The notes beneath the pieces are model-generated. The model did no database searches. It was not told the origin of the DNA and saw nothing but the letters and a program-made list of their open reading frames with translations. A DNA stretch of 64,000 nucleotides from positions 11,310 to 75,309 of the forward strand of contig CAZNQD010000003.1 of NCBI GenBank assembly GCA_964575345.1, written 5' to 3'. The position numbers were made by a program, and so were the translations under genes. How positions within the stretch are numbered: position 1 is the stretch's first letter; each line of letters starts with the position of its first letter. This document shows, in pieces, positions 18,879-27,939 of this stretch. The DNA comes from an uncultured Bacteroidales bacterium. Lineage in GTDB: Bacteria > Bacteroidota > Bacteroidia > Bacteroidales > UBA1402.

Positions 18879-19223
18879 CTATTGCTCGTTTTCTTTCTGA
18901 TAGGAGGCCGAACGAAAAGCCACGTACAATTCAATCACAGCCACTATCAACAAGATTGCCACCCAGGATTTGCCGTCTTTGAACATCAGATAGACAGCCA
19001 ACATAAGAACGATGGCGTTGAAAGCGAACATTCTGTTAAGCCGCTTTAGCCTGAAATCACTGCCTCTGTAGGCCGTAATGGCACGATGGGCAATATACAG
19101 AACGACACCGGCCGCAAAACTGAATCTGGCCCAGGCATGCTGTTCCATTATCAAAACTGACGAGATCAGGATCAGCACCGCGGCCAAAATAAATAATAGA
19201 TCTTTAAGTGCGTTTTTGGACAT
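18879..19223 (-). CDS. hypothetical integral membrane protein
   Basis: 114 aa with 3-4 hydrophobic helices, packed 1 nt from both neighbours in the same orientation. Confidence 0.55.
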   Translation of the reverse strand: MSKNALKDLLFILAAVLILISSVLIMEQHAWARFSFAAGVVLYIAHRAITAYRGSDFRLKRLNRMFAFNAIVLMLAVYLMFKDGKSWVAILLIVAVIELYVAFRSASYQKENEQ

Positions 19224-19224
19224 T

Positions 19225-19524
19225 TTATTCCAATAAAAAAATTTCTTCGTCGTCTTTTTTCATCAAGTAGCGTTCACGGGCAATTTTCTCCAGTTCCTCG
19301 CTGCCGGTTCTCAAATCCTCAAGCTGTTCCAGAGCCTGATCCCTTACTTTTTCGTATTGTCTTATTTCTTTACGTAAAGCGCGTATTTTACTATCGTATT
19401 GCATGCGTCTGATCAGGTTGTGTTCATCGATGAACACAATCAGCAGACCGAATAAAATCAACACGATCAGGTATTTATTCAAATACGGTTTAATCTTTTC
19501 GTAAAACGCCAAAATCTTGCGCAT
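19225..19524 (-). CDS. septum formation initiator family protein (FtsB/DivIC-like)
   Basis: 99 aa with a single N-terminal TM followed by a coiled coil (IRALRKEIRQYEKVRDQALEQLEDL). Confidence 0.7.
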   Translation of the reverse strand: MRKILAFYEKIKPYLNKYLIVLILFGLLIVFIDEHNLIRRMQYDSKIRALRKEIRQYEKVRDQALEQLEDLRTGSEELEKIARERYLMKKDDEEIFLLE

Positions 19525-19544
19525 AAGTGGATTTATGAACAGGG

Positions 19545-19552
19545 CAAAATTA
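19545..19552 (-). promoter_or_regulatory. -7 box TAATTTTG for the ftsB-like operon
   Basis: CAAAATTA on the plus strand, 21 nt upstream of the ATG at 19524. Confidence 0.45.
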
Positions 19553-19629
19553 CGAGAATAATCCGGATGCCCAAGTATATTCTAAATGAAAAAACCATGT
19601 TGGAACTTCCTTTTTAAAAAAGCCTTATG

Positions 19630-19637
19630 TATCTTTG
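19630..19637 (+). promoter_or_regulatory. -7 box TATCTTTG for dnaX
   Basis: Motif match 28 nt before the ATG at 19665. Overlaps the TTG start at 19635, which argues against that start. Confidence 0.5.
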
Positions 19638-19664
19638 TCCATCTTAGCCAGTAGCAAAATTAGT

Positions 19665-21425
19665 ATGGAAAATTATTTGGTTTCAGCACGAAAATACCGT
19701 CCGGACAACTTTAAATCGGTCGTTGGACAGAGCGCCCTTACTACAACTCTCCAAAATGCCATCAAGAACAAGCAACTGGCTCATGCCTATTTGTTTTGCG
19801 GCCCAAGAGGAGTAGGCAAAACCACTTGTGCCAGGATTTTTGCCAAAGCCATCAATTGTTTTTATCCCAACAACCAGGGGGAAGCCTGCAACAAATGCGA
19901 ATCCTGCGTTTCGTTCAACGAGCAGCGTTCATATAACATTCACGAACTGGATGCCGCCTCCAACAATTCGGTGGACGACATTCGTTCTCTGACCGAACAA
20001 GTGCGCATTCCGCCACAACTGGGTAAATACAAGGTTTACATTATCGACGAAGTGCATATGCTTTCTTCCAGTGCTTTCAATGCCTTTCTCAAAACACTGG
20101 AGGAGCCTCCCGCTCATGCTGTTTTTATTTTGGCAACTACCGAAAAACAAAAAATCATACCTACCATACTCTCCCGATGTCAAATTTATGATTTTCACCG
20201 CATCAGCATTAACGACATCTGTGCCTACCTGCAGTATGTGGCCGACTCCGAAGGCATCGAAACAGAACCGGAAGCCCTGAACGCCATAGCCCTGAAATCG
20301 GACGGAGGCATGCGTGATGCCCTCTCTGTTTTTGACCAGGTTTGCAGCTACGGTGAGGGCATAATTACCTATCAGCATGTCATCGATAATCTGAACATAC
20401 TCGACTACGACTATTATTTCAGGCTGGTTGAGGCTTTTTTGAACGAAAATACTATAGAGGCGTTGTTACTGTTTGATCAGATTTTGAACCAGGGTTTTGA
20501 AGGCTTACATTTCATTAATGGGCTGGCTTCTCATTTCAGAGATCTCATGGTTTCGAAAGATTCCCGCAGCATAAGCCTGCTGGAGCAAGCAGAGAGTGTG
20601 CGCGACAAATACAAAAAACAGGCAGAAGAATGCAGTATGGGCTTTTTGTTCAGAGCTCTTAAACTGAGCAATGAATGCAGCCTGCAATATAATCAAAGCA
20701 AAAACAAGCGCCTTTTGGTGGAACTTTGCCTGATCCAACTTTGCCTGACCGGCGAAGCAAAAAAAAAACAGGAAGGACTGAAAACGGATAAAATCCCGGC
20801 TACCCGGACTAATTCAACATTGCAGGCCAACCCGCTACCACAGGATAATCCCCAATCCTACAGCACCGGGGAGCCCGACAAAGAGACCGTAATACCCCGG
20901 CAGGCTGTGGTGCCCGAACCTGCCCCTCAGAATCAAAATCCCGGCACTAAGGCAGCTAAGGAAAGAGCACTACCGGGTCTGACCACTTCGATACGCCGGC
21001 GTAAAATGCAGGCAGATGAAATTCCGGGCCCGGAAGCAGCCATAAAAGAAGTTATTAAGACTGAAGAACACTTTAGCGAAGAGAACCTTGTTAAAGCCTG
21101 GCTCCGTTTTGCCGGCACACTCAGGGAAGATCCTTATTTATCGAACTCCATGCAGGCCTGTAAACCTCGTTTGCTGAACAAAAGCGATTTCGAGGTGATT
21201 GTTTTTCATCCGCTGACCGCTCAACGGCTCGAAGCCATACGGGGAGAAATAGAAAACCGTTTGCAACAGGATTTGCAAAACGGTAAAGTACACATGCAGT
21301 TGCGGATCAGTGAAGAGAATGAGTTTAAAAAGCCCCTAAGCCCTCAGGATCAGTTGGACGAAATGATCAAAAAGAATCCGAACTTGCAAAGCCTGAAACA
21401 AAAATTAAACCTTGAATTGGAATAA
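19665..21425 (+). CDS. dnaX: DNA polymerase III subunit gamma/tau
   Basis: 586 aa from the ATG at 19665; the listed 19635 start is TTG and lies inside the -7 box. Walker A GPRGVGKTT, zinc module CNKCESC, SRC motif (LSRCQ). Confidence 0.93.
   Translation: MENYLVSARKYRPDNFKSVVGQSALTTTLQNAIKNKQLAHAYLFCGPRGVGKTTCARIFAKAINCFYPNNQGEACNKCESCVSFNEQRSYNIHELDAASNNSVDDIRSLTEQVRIPPQLGKYKVYIIDEVHMLSSSAFNAFLKTLEEPPAHAVFILATTEKQKIIPTILSRCQIYDFHRISINDICAYLQYVADSEGIETEPEALNAIALKSDGGMRDALSVFDQVCSYGEGIITYQHVIDNLNILDYDYYFRLVEAFLNENTIEALLLFDQILNQGFEGLHFINGLASHFRDLMVSKDSRSISLLEQAESVRDKYKKQAEECSMGFLFRALKLSNECSLQYNQSKNKRLLVELCLIQLCLTGEAKKKQEGLKTDKIPATRTNSTLQANPLPQDNPQSYSTGEPDKETVIPRQAVVPEPAPQNQNPGTKAAKERALPGLTTSIRRRKMQADEIPGPEAAIKEVIKTEEHFSEENLVKAWLRFAGTLREDPYLSNSMQACKPRLLNKSDFEVIVFHPLTAQRLEAIRGEIENRLQQDLQNGKVHMQLRISEENEFKKPLSPQDQLDEMIKKNPNLQSLKQKLNLELE
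20759..20768 (+). other. A10 homopolymer (GCA AAA AAA AAA CAG) inside dnaX; candidate slippage site
   Basis: Read directly. The -1 frame reaches TAA at 20789-20791 and the +1 frame reaches TGA at 20779-20781. Confidence 0.4.
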
Positions 21426-21497
21426 ACGACTGTTTATCCGGTAACAGAAGTTTGAAGAAATTTGCCGGGATTACGCTGCAAGTTTGTTCACTCCGAA

Positions 21498-21983
21498 TTA
21501 TTTCAGCTGGCGATTGAAGTTGATCATTTGTATTGCGGTTTTGGCTGCTTCCACTCCTTTGTTGCCGTGTATGCCGCCTGCCCTGTTCAAAGCTTGGTGC
21601 ATATCGTTGGTGGTAAGCAGACCAAAAACAAAGGGAATGCTTCCTTTGGCATTCAACTGGGCTATGCCCTGCGTTACTCCGGAACAGACGTACTCAAAAT
21701 GAGGTGTTTCTCCGCGAATTACACTACCCAAAGCAATAACAGCATCCACAGAAGCAGCAGCCTCCATTCTGGCCGCCCCGTAAATCAACTCAAAACTGCC
21801 CGGAACCCAGGCAACCAAGATGTTTTCGGGATCTACTTTGTTACGCAGTAAAAACTGCTGTGCTCCTTCCAACAACTTGACCGTGACATCGTAGTTCCAT
21901 TCGGAAACCACAATACCTATTTTCATGCCGGATGCATCGGGCAGAGTATCAGGGTTGTATTCGGAAAGATTTTTGGTGCTCAT
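21498..21983 (-). CDS. ribH: 6,7-dimethyl-8-ribityllumazine synthase
   Basis: 161 aa, typical lumazine synthase sequence (VVSEWN, VPGSFELIYGA, IALGSVIRGETPHFEYV). The ATG overlaps the upstream stop (TAATG). Confidence 0.93.
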   Translation of the reverse strand: MSTKNLSEYNPDTLPDASGMKIGIVVSEWNYDVTVKLLEGAQQFLLRNKVDPENILVAWVPGSFELIYGAARMEAAASVDAVIALGSVIRGETPHFEYVCSGVTQGIAQLNAKGSIPFVFGLLTTNDMHQALNRAGGIHGNKGVEAAKTAIQMINFNRQLK

Positions 21984-22678
21984 TATTCCTTCAATCTCGT
22001 CCTTTCAATATACCTGTCTATATTCAGGCCTTCTTGTGAAAGGGGATAATTCTTTTTTATTTTTTCGTAAGATTCGCGGGCATTGTTGTATTTTCCCAAT
22101 GCTTCGTAAACACGGCCGGCCTTCATTAAATAAAGGGGAGCCAGTAAATTGTTATCGGCCTGGCCTGCTCTCTCGAAATAGGGCAAGGCTTTTTGTAATT
22201 GATCGAGTTCCACATAACAATCGCCGATTGCTCCCGTCAACGCGGGTGAAACCATAATATCAACTGCATTAAGTTTACTGAGCCTGTCGATGGCTTTTTC
22301 GTAATCGCCCAGGTGCTTGTAGCACAAACCCGCATAGGCAGAAGCCAGTTTGGCAGTTTTGGTGATGCCGTAATTATCTATGATTCCTTCAAAACCTATA
22401 AATTCATAGTCATCTCCATATAGAGCCAGCTCAAATGAATCCGCAGCAAAGTACTGTTCTCCGCGGAACATCATTTCCTGAGCTTCTTTTTCTTTAGGCC
22501 CCATATAGCTGTTTCTGAAAAGAATGATACCACTCACCACTACTACGATAACCAACAAGGCCACCAAAAGGTTTTTCTGGTTGTTTTCTATGAATTGTTC
22601 CGAACGGGTCAATACTTCGCCAACATTTTGCAGTTCCTCTTTTTGAGCTGCTTTTTTGGATGCATTTTTATTAGCCAT
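21983..22678 (-). CDS. TPR-repeat membrane-anchored protein (YfgM-like)
   Basis: Start at MANKNASKK. One TM (LLVALLVIVVVVSGIILF) followed by TPR-like helices. Translationally coupled to ribH. Confidence 0.7.
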   Translation of the reverse strand: MANKNASKKAAQKEELQNVGEVLTRSEQFIENNQKNLLVALLVIVVVVSGIILFRNSYMGPKEKEAQEMMFRGEQYFAADSFELALYGDDYEFIGFEGIIDNYGITKTAKLASAYAGLCYKHLGDYEKAIDRLSKLNAVDIMVSPALTGAIGDCYVELDQLQKALPYFERAGQADNNLLAPLYLMKAGRVYEALGKYNNARESYEKIKKNYPLSQEGLNIDRYIERTRLKE

Positions 22679-22712
22679 TTCTTTTATAATTGTATAAGAC
22701 AAATTTGGTGTG

Positions 22713-22720
22713 CAAAAGTA
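22713..22720 (-). promoter_or_regulatory. -7 box TACTTTTG for the TPR-ribH operon
   Basis: CAAAAGTA on the plus strand, 35 nt upstream of the ATG at 22678. Confidence 0.45.
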
Positions 22721-22762
22721 TAGCATTTCGTTCTATTAATAAAATTTCCCTGATTTTTTTTA

Positions 22763-22770
22763 TACTTTTG
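22763..22770 (+). promoter_or_regulatory. -7 box TACTTTTG for recF
   Basis: Motif match 26 nt before the ATG at 22796. It abuts the GTG start at 22772, which argues against that start. Confidence 0.5.
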
Positions 22771-22795
22771 TGTGCATTTTCTCCAAAATTCGTCC

Positions 22796-23896
22796 ATGTA
22801 CCTGCAAAAGTTATCCATTTTCAATTATAAAAATATACAAGAGGCCAATATTGAATTCTCTCCCCGTTTAAATTGTTTTTTCGGCAAGAACGGAGTGGGC
22901 AAAACCAATTTCCTGGACGCCATTCATTATCTTTCATTTTGTAAAAGCCATACCAATCCGGTTGACTCTCAGAATATTTTTCACGAGGCCGACTATTTTA
23001 TGCTGCAGGGCAGCTACCTGATCGAGGGCAAAGAAGAAGAGTATTATTGCGCTATGAAGCGCCGCCAAAAAAAAACATTCAAATTCAATAAAAAAGAATA
23101 CGAACGCTTATCCGATCACATAGGGCGCTTGCCCCTGGTTATCGTGTCTCCGGCTGACGAAAATCTGATTCGCGAAGGCAGTGATGAACGCCGAAGATTT
23201 ATGGATATCGCTCTTTCGCAGTTTGATCACTCCTATATGGAGGCTCTTATGAGTTACAACAAGGCTCTTTATCAACGCAACGCTCTGTTGAAAAATGAGC
23301 AGATGAACAGGGAAGATTCTCTCTACGAAATGTACGATGCTTCCATGAACGACTATGCCGGGCTGATTTATCAAAAACGCAGGGAATTCATAACTGCCTT
23401 TCAGCCTGTTTTTGAACGTTATTACCAAGCCGTTTCCGGCCTTGGCGAAAGCATAGGACTGCACTATATATCGCATCTTGAACAGGGAAATTTGCAGGAA
23501 CAGCTTTTCCGTTCGAGAGAAAAAGATATTATTCTGGGTTTTACCACCAAGGGCATTCACAAAGACGAGCTCGAAATGCAAATCGACGGCTATCCCATCA
23601 AAAGAGTAGGCTCCCAGGGGCAAAACAAAAGTTATCTGATTGCCTTGAAACTGGCACAATACGAATACCTGAAACAAGCCGGCAGGAAAAAACCTATTCT
23701 TCTGCTCGACGACCTCTTCGATAAACTCGATGCTTCGCGGGTGGAACGCATCATTCAACTGGTTTCCAAAGAAGATTTCGGGCAGATATTTATTACCGAT
23801 ACCCACCGGGAACACCTGAATATGATTTTACAGGCCAACGGTAAGGATTTCCGCGTTTTTCACATAGAAAACGCCTGCATTTGTCCTACAGAATAA
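22796..23896 (+). CDS. recF: DNA replication and repair protein RecF
   Basis: Start MYLQKLSIFNYKNI. Walker A GKNGVGKTN, signature SQGQNKS, Walker B LLLDDLFDKLD. Confidence 0.93.
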   Translation: MYLQKLSIFNYKNIQEANIEFSPRLNCFFGKNGVGKTNFLDAIHYLSFCKSHTNPVDSQNIFHEADYFMLQGSYLIEGKEEEYYCAMKRRQKKTFKFNKKEYERLSDHIGRLPLVIVSPADENLIREGSDERRRFMDIALSQFDHSYMEALMSYNKALYQRNALLKNEQMNREDSLYEMYDASMNDYAGLIYQKRREFITAFQPVFERYYQAVSGLGESIGLHYISHLEQGNLQEQLFRSREKDIILGFTTKGIHKDELEMQIDGYPIKRVGSQGQNKSYLIALKLAQYEYLKQAGRKKPILLLDDLFDKLDASRVERIIQLVSKEDFGQIFITDTHREHLNMILQANGKDFRVFHIENACICPTE

Positions 23897-23903
23897 GAAA
23901 TCT

Positions 23904-24194
23904 ATGCGCAGGAAGAACGCCCAAACATTGGCAGAAGTGCTAAGCGAAGTGCTCAAAAATCAGCAACTCCAAGGCAAACTTGACGAAACAGCAGCCATCA
24001 GGCTATGGCCCGAAGTGGTGGGCAAAGCCCTGGCTGAACATACGGATAATTTGTATTTCAAACATTCCGTCCTGCACGTCCATGTCAAATCGGCCATTAT
24101 CCGCAACGAACTTATGCTAATCAGGCCTCAGTTGATAAAGCGCCTCAACGAAAAAATTGGCAACCAGGCAGTTAAAAACCTGGTGTTGCATTAA
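23904..24194 (+). CDS. DUF721 domain protein
   Basis: 96 aa immediately downstream of recF. Conserved W..VVG......T......L.V.V.S......EL pattern. Confidence 0.7.
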   Translation: MRRKNAQTLAEVLSEVLKNQQLQGKLDETAAIRLWPEVVGKALAEHTDNLYFKHSVLHVHVKSAIIRNELMLIRPQLIKRLNEKIGNQAVKNLVLH

Positions 24195-24205
24195 TTCCCC
24201 GGATT

Positions 24206-24793
24206 CTATTTGAATTGGCTGAGGAGGCCTTCCAGATTGGCTGTGAATAATTTTACCGAAATGGCCAGCAAAATAATCCCGAAGAATTTTCGAATGATAT
24301 AAATGCCTGCACGACCAATGATTTTTTCAATTCGCTTAACTCCCTTGAGAACCAAAAAGACAACCACAATATTCAGGAACAGTGCTATTAGAATATTAAT
24401 TGTCTGAAATTCCGCCTTCAACGAAAGCATGGTTGTAAAAGATCCGGCACCCACGATGAGAGGAAATACCAAAGGCACTATGGAAGAAACTTCGGCCGGG
24501 CCTTTATAGCGAAACACTTCAATATCGAAAATCATTTCGGCTGCCACGGCAAAAATCACGATAGCACCGGCCACAGCAAAAGAAGATATATTTACTCCAA
24601 ACAAGGCAAGCACTCCGTCTCCCAGAAAGAAAAAGGCAATCAAAAGAGCAAAAGAAATCAAAGAAATCTTTAATGAAGGAACTCCTCCCGGCTTTTTCTG
24701 CAAATCAATGATGATTGGAATAGAACCAACGATATCGATGATGGCAAATAAAACCGTGAATGCGCTTAATATCTCTCTTAAATTGAATTCCAT
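24206..24793 (-). CDS. MarC-family integral membrane protein (UPF0056)
   Basis: Start at MEFNLREIL. Six hydrophobic helices and an IDIVGSIPI motif. Confidence 0.8.
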   Translation of the reverse strand: MEFNLREILSAFTVLFAIIDIVGSIPIIIDLQKKPGGVPSLKISLISFALLIAFFFLGDGVLALFGVNISSFAVAGAIVIFAVAAEMIFDIEVFRYKGPAEVSSIVPLVFPLIVGAGSFTTMLSLKAEFQTINILIALFLNIVVVFLVLKGVKRIEKIIGRAGIYIIRKFFGIILLAISVKLFTANLEGLLSQFK

Positions 24794-24808
24794 GGTTATT
24801 ATTTTTTG

Positions 24809-24816
24809 CAAAAATA
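24809..24816 (-). promoter_or_regulatory. -7 box TATTTTTG for the marC-family gene
   Basis: CAAAAATA on the plus strand, 16 nt upstream of the ATG at 24793. Confidence 0.4.
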
Positions 24817-24879
24817 GCGCATTTTCAGAAATCTTGAGTATTTTCGCAAAGGAATTATTTATACTCAAAAAAACGCGAG

Positions 24880-25278
24880 ATGTCCAGATTTGAACTTTTT
24901 TTGAAATACCCTTTGTTTAAAGGAATGAGTATGGATGAGTTGTTCCCGCTTTTGACCAAAGTAAGCCTCGACTTTGACAATTATAGCGCCGGAGATCTTC
25001 TCTTTGACAAAGATACCGTTTGCGAAAATCTGATCTTTTTGCTGGATGGCAAAGTGGAACTCGAAAACGAACAAAAGAAAAAACGCATCGCACAAGGGCC
25101 TGAATTAATAGTTTTTACACATTTATTCGGACAGAAGCGACATATGCCGCTGATTGTCAAAGCCTTGGATAATTGCAGCATCATGCAGATCGACAGGAAA
25201 TCTTTGTTGTTTTTGATGCGCAACAGTCAAACCGTATTATGCAATTATCTCGACTTGATTTCGGATCTGAGTGCTTAA
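24880..25278 (+). CDS. stand-alone cyclic-nucleotide-binding (CAP effector) domain protein
   Basis: 132 aa. PLFKGMSMDEL...GDLLFDKD...IFLLDGKVEL is a typical cNMP-binding beta-roll. No HTH or other output domain follows. Confidence 0.6.
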   Translation: MSRFELFLKYPLFKGMSMDELFPLLTKVSLDFDNYSAGDLLFDKDTVCENLIFLLDGKVELENEQKKKRIAQGPELIVFTHLFGQKRHMPLIVKALDNCSIMQIDRKSLLFLMRNSQTVLCNYLDLISDLSA

Positions 25279-25401
25279 ATCCGGCACCGGCAAACTCATC
25301 CCACTTTCCATTTTCCACTGCTTATAAGCGATTCTAAAAGCAGTCACATTAGTACTATTGCTAAACGAATTAATTAGGACAAGACAGAAAGAATTGACCA
25401 G

Positions 25402-27486
25402 ATGAAAACTAAATTTTTTTTTATTATGACAGCGCTGACCGTTATTGGTCTTCAGGCCTCCAATCCCTTTTTGGGAAAATACAAAACCCTGCATGAGACA
25501 GCCCCCTTCAGGGAAGTTAAAATTGAACACATACTTCCTGCCTATCAGGAAGCTATACGCCTGCATGATAAAGAAATTCAAAAAATTACCGCCAACAAAG
25601 AGCCGGCCACCTTCGCTAATACCATCGAAGCATTGGAACGCTCGGGTGAATTACTTGACAAAGTGTCGGCAGTCTACTATACCTTGCTCAACAATGAGGC
25701 CGGTGACGAACTGATGAACTTATCTCAGCAAATTTCGCCCCTGCTGTCTGAACATCAAAACAACATAGTTCTCAACGAGGCTCTGTACAAGAGAATCAAA
25801 ACAGTATACGACAACAGGGAGAACTTAAACCTGAATACAGAACAAAGCCGCCTGCTCTGGGAAACGTATATGGACTTTCTGGACAGCGGAGCCACCCTCG
25901 AAGGAGCCGACCGCGAAAAATACCGGGAACTGAGCACCAAACTGAGCCAACTCAGCCTGAATTTCGGACAAAATGTGCTGAAAGCCACCAATGCCTACTC
26001 CAAAGTCTTTACCGATAAAGCATTATTGTCCGGCATTCCGGAAGATGTGTTAAGCATAGCTGCCGAAAAAGCTAAAGCCAAAGGGCTGGAGGGCTGGCTT
26101 TTTGACCTTAGTGCCCCCAGCTACGGTGCTTTTCTGAAATACGCAGACAACAGAGAACTCCGCGAAGAAATGTACCGGGCTTATATGGGCAGGAGCCTCG
26201 AAGGTGAATTCAACAACCAGCCCGTCATCAGGGATATCGTCAACGCCCGTCTCGAAATGGCCGGCCTGTTTGGCTATTCCGACTATGCCTCCTATGTGCT
26301 GCGCAGAAGGATGACCAAAAATCCCGAAACCGTTTACGGCCTGCTGGATCAGCTCAGAGAAGCCTATTTGCCTTTGGGTCAAAGGGAACTTTCGGCTCTT
26401 CAGGGATTTGCCCTGGGGTATGAGAAAAATTTCATTAAACTTGAAGCCTGGGATTGGTCGTATTATTCCCAGAAACTCAAAGACTTGCAGTTTGACCTCA
26501 ACGACGAAATGCTCAAACCCTACTTTAAACTGGACAAGGTCATAGAGGGTGTGTTCGGGCTGGCCACCAAATTATACGGTCTCCGTTTCGAGAAAAACGA
26601 CAAGATCCAGGTTTGGCATGAGGAGGTAAGCGCCTACGAAGTCTTCGACAAGGATGGTTCTTTCCTTGCTGTCCTTTATACCGATTTCCACCCCAGGGCA
26701 AGCAAGCGCTCCGGAGCCTGGATGAGTGATATTAAAGCACAGCACAAAATCAAAAACAAAGATATCCGGCCCCATATCACATTGACCACCAATTTCACTC
26801 CCTCTACCGCCGAAAAGCCATCCCTGCTCACTTTTGATGAAGTGACCACCTTTTTGCACGAATTTGGCCATGCCCTGCACGGAATGCTTTCCAATACCAC
26901 CTATGCCTCGCTGGCAGGTACCAACGTTTACCGCGATTTTGTGGAACTGCCTTCACAAATAATGGAAAACTGGGGCACTAAGCAGGAGTTTCTGAATACC
27001 TTTGCGGTTCACTACCTGAGCGGCGAAAAGATTCCTGCCGAATTGATCGAAAAAATAATTGCCTCCGATAACTTTAACGCTGGATATGCTTGTTTGCGCC
27101 AGCTGAGTTTCGGCTATCTGGACATGGCCTGGCACAGTCTTCAAAAACCCTTCGACGGGGATGTACGTCAATTCGAAAATCAGGCCTGGAACTCGGTCAT
27201 CCTGCTTCCGCAACCTCAGGAAGCCTGCATGAGTACAGGTTTCAGCCATATCTTTTCGGGAGGTTATGCCGCCGGTTATTACGGGTATAAATGGGCAGAA
27301 GTACTTGATGCCGACGCCTTTGAATTCTATACCGAAAACGAAGTCTTCGACACCCAAAGGGCAGCTTCGTTTCGCGAAAATATCCTATCCAGAGGAGGCA
27401 CCCAGGATCCCATGGAACTTTATTTAAAATTCAGAGGGCGTGAACCCCGTATTGATGCTTTACTTAAACGCAACGGAATAAAATAA
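25402..27486 (+). CDS. dcp: M3-family peptidyl-dipeptidase
   Basis: 694 aa, signal peptide, zinc motif HEFGHALHG and downstream EL...E ligand region. Confidence 0.9.
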   Translation: MKTKFFFIMTALTVIGLQASNPFLGKYKTLHETAPFREVKIEHILPAYQEAIRLHDKEIQKITANKEPATFANTIEALERSGELLDKVSAVYYTLLNNEAGDELMNLSQQISPLLSEHQNNIVLNEALYKRIKTVYDNRENLNLNTEQSRLLWETYMDFLDSGATLEGADREKYRELSTKLSQLSLNFGQNVLKATNAYSKVFTDKALLSGIPEDVLSIAAEKAKAKGLEGWLFDLSAPSYGAFLKYADNRELREEMYRAYMGRSLEGEFNNQPVIRDIVNARLEMAGLFGYSDYASYVLRRRMTKNPETVYGLLDQLREAYLPLGQRELSALQGFALGYEKNFIKLEAWDWSYYSQKLKDLQFDLNDEMLKPYFKLDKVIEGVFGLATKLYGLRFEKNDKIQVWHEEVSAYEVFDKDGSFLAVLYTDFHPRASKRSGAWMSDIKAQHKIKNKDIRPHITLTTNFTPSTAEKPSLLTFDEVTTFLHEFGHALHGMLSNTTYASLAGTNVYRDFVELPSQIMENWGTKQEFLNTFAVHYLSGEKIPAELIEKIIASDNFNAGYACLRQLSFGYLDMAWHSLQKPFDGDVRQFENQAWNSVILLPQPQEACMSTGFSHIFSGGYAAGYYGYKWAEVLDADAFEFYTENEVFDTQRAASFRENILSRGGTQDPMELYLKFRGREPRIDALLKRNGIK

Positions 27487-27915
27487 ATGGACGATAAACA
27501 AGCCTTACTTGATAAACGATACATGCGCATGGCCTTGATCTGGGCCGAAAATTCCTACTGTATACGAAGGCAGGTCGGAGCTCTGATGGTGAAAGACAAG
27601 CGTATTATTTCTGACGGCTATAACGGCACTCCTTCGGGTTTTGAAAATATATGCGAGGACGGTGAGGGCAACACCAAAGCTTATGTTTTGCACGCAGAAG
27701 CCAATGCTATAACCAAGGTGGCCCGCTCGCACAACAGCAGCCAGGGAGCAACCATTTATGTTACTGCCTGTCCTTGTATAGATTGCGCCAAATTGATCAT
27801 TCAGGCAGGTATAGTAAGAGTGGTCTACGGAGAACCCTACCATGCCGAAGACGGCCTGAATCTTTTGCTGAGGGCAGGCATCGATGTTTGCTTTTGCGAT
27901 AAAAGTCTGCTTTAA
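27487..27915 (+). CDS. deoxycytidylate (dCMP) deaminase
   Basis: 142 aa. HAEANAI and CPCIDCAKLI zinc-binding motifs. The ATG directly follows the dcp stop. Confidence 0.88.
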   Translation: MDDKQALLDKRYMRMALIWAENSYCIRRQVGALMVKDKRIISDGYNGTPSGFENICEDGEGNTKAYVLHAEANAITKVARSHNSSQGATIYVTACPCIDCAKLIIQAGIVRVVYGEPYHAEDGLNLLLRAGIDVCFCDKSLL

Positions 27916-27939
27916 TTAACTATTTAACAATTCCTTGCG

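Noticed and set aside
19635-19664. N-terminal extensions in the ORF track that begin at TTG or GTG: dnaX 19635, recF 22772, GRE 648, glgA-like 40944, membrane protein 34962, LytTR 57104, M16 50254, M23 39662 and etfA 63966.
   Set aside because: The extensions overlap upstream genes or the predicted -7 promoter boxes, and they add non-conserved residues. The downstream ATGs give the N-termini typical of each family.
23067-23075. An A9 run inside recF (CAA AAA AAA ACA), considered as a second slippage site.
   Set aside because: No biological rationale or precedent exists for a truncated RecF. I use it instead as a caution that A-runs arise from AAA-Lys codon preference in this genome.
23108-23815. 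A 235-aa ORF antisense to recF. Similar long antisense ORFs occur at 33492-34328 (GDE), 61493-62305 (acyl-CoA dehydrogenase), 58192-58845 (fabK), 7395-7922 (lipoprotein), 2379-3059 (GRE) and 21462-21851 (ribH).
   Set aside because: Each is fully embedded in a strongly supported gene on the opposite strand. They have no family-like motifs, no plausible promoter box and no independent start context. I treat them as shadow ORFs.
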